Positions 60,976 to 64,000 of a stretch of 64,000 bases of DNA are shown here, one piece after another; the first letter of the stretch is position 1; every line of letters begins with the position of its first letter. Under the pieces are notes generated by a model that was not told the origin of the DNA, ran no database searches, and saw nothing but the letters and a program-made list of their open reading frames with translations. Origin of the DNA: Neoechinorhynchus agilis. Its lineage: Eukaryota; Animalia; Acanthocephala. A program made the translations under genes and the position numbers. The stretch spans positions 1,832,797 to 1,896,796 of the forward strand of contig CM121342.1 in assembly GCA_051530055.1 (NCBI GenBank), read 5' to 3'.

Positions 60976-61754
60976 TGTAATTGAAACGAAATATTTATGG
61001 ATTAATTTTTATTGAGTGAATATAATCCCGATCATAACATAATCGATTTATTTGAAATATTTCGCAAGGTAAATCCGTCAATTCAGTCATCTAAAAAGTT
61101 GTTACATTTTATGTGTAATATAGCTCAGGTGCACGGGATCGCCATTCCCTAAATTGCGCTTTTGATCTTTAACGCGACGCTGGCCGGTAGTTTTGAGGTA
61201 AAGTTTTGTTTCCTTCCGTTGTGTTGGACGCAGGGAAATGCAAGGCTTCCAAAACAAGTCGTTTTAAGGTTTTGCTCTCTTTCCAAAAAACAAACTTTAG
61301 CTTAAAACTACCTGCTAGCGAGGTGTTAAAAATAATTGAAAAACGCAATACAGCGCAGGGAGTTCCAGCGGATACATGGTCTCCGAACTTCGGGAATGTC
61401 GATCTGATGTTACCTCGTGAAATATTTAAAATAAATCAAATTTCTCCTGTACGGAGTATGCTCACCACAATTTTAATTTGATTACCCCGAAGGATTATCT
61501 ATCGATGATCGCATTTATAATATTCAACGCAATCAAAATTGAGAATTTAGTTTAAGCACTATTTTTAAAGCTTCGATGTTTTATTTTCACCTGTATTGCA
61601 GAAGGGTGTTAAAAAATAAAAGCAACAATTTGAATAAGATATTAACTTTCCGCCTTATCAAATTCAAAGGAGAGAAAAGCACGTAGCATGATTTTCGCGT
61701 AATTTTTTCAATTTCCCTGGTAGTTTTCGTGAGCCATGGTTATTGAGTAGGACA

Positions 61755-61797
61755 GCGATACGGATAATCGACGTTTCGGATAACCGACGTTCCACTG
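61755..61797 (-). repeat. Possible pogo/Tc1-like MITE terminal repeat remnant
   Basis: cagtggaacgtcggttatccgaaacgtcgattatccg with internal duplication; partner TIR not seen. Confidence 0.3.
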
Positions 61798-62242
61798 TTA
61801 TCAAACTCTTTGTCTTTCTTAAAACTTAGGCACATTTCGTATTATCATTGTTCGGGAAAACAATTAGTTAAATGAAAGATTCGTCGAACATATCTGAACC
61901 TTAAAAATTTAACCATTGTTTAAAAGGCCAAAAGTTTAGGATTTTTGCACATTTAAACGTCCTTTCCATGAATAAACGCTATGTACGACTTTAAATAGAT
62001 CAGCCCAGCGTTTGCAAAATATTTAAAATTATTCAAATACACTGTATTTCTCAGCACAAAAAAGGATGCAAATGAGCAAAATTCAAGAAATTATAAACAT
62101 TCTCCTTGCTTTTATCTAAAGAATCATTCTGAGAAAAGCTAAGTCTAAGCGTCTAAAAAACATAAACGAAGTTCAATCTCTTCTGTTAACTACACAACGT
62201 AAATTCGTTTCACATTTTTCAATGCCGCTTGAAACATGTCGT

Positions 62243-63803
62243 CTACAATCGGCTGATGGCTTCCATAAGCATGCTATGAGTGTTATCTTCAACGATCCAC
62301 CATGGTGGTCGATTTTCATATTCGTCATAGGTGTCTTTTAAATACTCTGGAATTTGATGGGAGAACTTCTTACTTCGTCTGTATCTAAATTCATATCCAC
62401 ATCGACGTTCCTTATCTGTTAGTCTGTTATAATCTAGCTGTTGAATGGCACGGGGATCCGTGCGTTGCTTCTCTCTCTTGGTCTCAACCTTCTTTGCTTC
62501 TTTTATCAAATCAACTCCGAAATTGTTCAATAGATACTGAGCCTTTCGGTTTTCGACCTCAACGGGATCCATACCAAGAGAAACCATTTTGCGACTTCTT
62601 CGATATCGGTGCTCATATCCGACGGATAAGACTTCCGATGGGTAAATTTCCGATAGAGGCACTTTAATATCAACCACAGGTTTCACCTCTTTTTTCTTCT
62701 CAATAGCTTTTTGTTCGTCTTGAATCTTTCTACTCAATCTATATCGATGCGCGTATCCAATCGAGCCATGAGGAATCGAATTCTTTGGAGTTTGGATTTC
62801 ATCTTCAACTTCGTCGTTGCTAATAGCTCTCTCAGCAGCAATCTTTCTACTCTTACGATAACGATAAGCATATCCAATTGAACCATGAGCGATTGCTTCT
62901 CTAGGTTCCGGCAATTGTACTTCAGCCCATTCTACGCATTTATTAAAAACAAGAAGACTGTAAAGCCACGATCCAAGTACCTCTGAACCCGCTACCGGTG
63001 CTGCGTCACCCGCCTTCATCCTGCTTATTCGATACCGATACTCATAGCCAGCTCTTGGCTTCTCTTCCTTATTATCTATTAGACTCAAATTAACTTTGTA
63101 ACTTAATAAAACAAAAACCTTCCACGCATACGTGCTAATTTGAGTCTTTTTCAACACTTTCGATTCCTTCCCCCGTCGCAGCAGCCTTCTCTTGTGCTTT
63201 TAAGAAGTTGCTGATTCGGTAGCGGTAAGCGTACCCTACACTCCGGCTAACCAAATCTACGGAGTCTGGAGACGATGAAATACTCAGCAACTGGCGGGAA
63301 GTGGGAGCTCGTCTAATTGGAGGCTCAACTTCGTCCACACTATCTTTCACAAACAAATTACGAAACCATTGACGAACAAAAGCCAATGAGTAGAATCGGC
63401 TTGGTGCAGCCGTTGACGATAACACAACCGATTGTTCCTTCTTCCTAAATTTATCTTTAGCCGATCTTTTTAAATTGATCTTGGGTTCCTTCCTCACTTG
63501 CTCGACTTTTTTACTCCTCTTCTTTGTTGAGTCCTTCTTTTTCGCAACCTTGACAGATTCCTTTTTGCATTTTTTCTTCTTTTGTCTTTCTGAATCTTTA
63601 GTTTTTCGCTTTTTTCCTGCATCCTTTTTCTTCTTTTTTTGACACTTAGACTCAGAATCACGCTTCGTTGATCGTGTTAGTAATATTTCCTTTTTGATTG
63701 GTCGACTTAGATCGTCCAATGATAGATCGGTTGAAAGAGTCTTGTTTGATCGACGATGAGTGGAAAGCAAATTGAGACTTGACCAAGAAACTTGCCGGTA
63801 CAA
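62243..63803 (-). CDS. Orphan protein with Lys-rich block and six GY-x-[YHF]-RYR-x-S repeats; intron ~63076-63160; 5' end incomplete
   Basis: Two long ORFs joined by a phase-1 GT-AG intron; repeats VGYAYRYRIS, AGYEYRYRIS, IGYAYRYRKS, IGYAHRYRLS, VGYEHRYRRS, CGYEFRYRRS. Confidence 0.7.
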
Positions 63804-64000
63804 CTACAAGCATATTCAAAAAAAATTTCACCAAACGGATAACAAAATTGAGGCCAGTTCTATATCGTGCAACGGTCAACTTAGAAGAAATCTGTGTTTT
63901 TCTGAACAGTTTCGAATGCGTTTTCTTAAATTAGAACCTTTAAAATTTAACAAGTGTATTTTACGCATACACTTTTGGTATACACCCATTTGATGGATGC

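Noticed and set aside
1-64000. tRNA, rRNA, snRNA or SL RNA genes
   Set aside because: No cloverleaf, rRNA core or recognisable leader plus Sm-site arrangement was found by eye; a covariance search could still find divergent ones.

Overview
Eukaryotic, probably metazoan, AT-rich nuclear DNA; the species cannot be identified from this window. Genes are compact and intron-poor. Predicted GT-AG introns are mostly 23-55 nt. Recognisable genes are CHMP6/VPS20, a class III eIF4E, ASCC3, a short GRIP-domain protein, GLRX3, INTS8, a METTL24-like methyltransferase and an F-box/WD40 protein. There are also an ML/NPC2-like secreted protein and several orphans, one with six GY-x-[YHF]-RYR repeats. Between the genes lie decayed retroelements (L2/CR1-like, RTE, CRE-like RLE, Penelope-like, Gypsy), a dimeric ~164-bp satellite split by a TSD-flanked composite insertion, and MITE-like palindromes. 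Four signals stand out. (1) About 14 minimal hammerhead-ribozyme-like cores from several families, including a 140-bp tandem array resembling a retrozyme and a sense copy inside the INTS8 intron. (2) An ASCC3 interruption whose ends form a 13-bp stem and whose obvious GT-AG removal leaves the mRNA one base short; a similar junction occurs at 43.95 kb. (3) 3' splice-acceptor motifs just upstream of most start codons, suggesting spliced-leader trans-splicing or 5'UTR introns. (4) Very short 23-28 nt introns. All gene models, splice junctions and homology calls are manual inferences without database searches.
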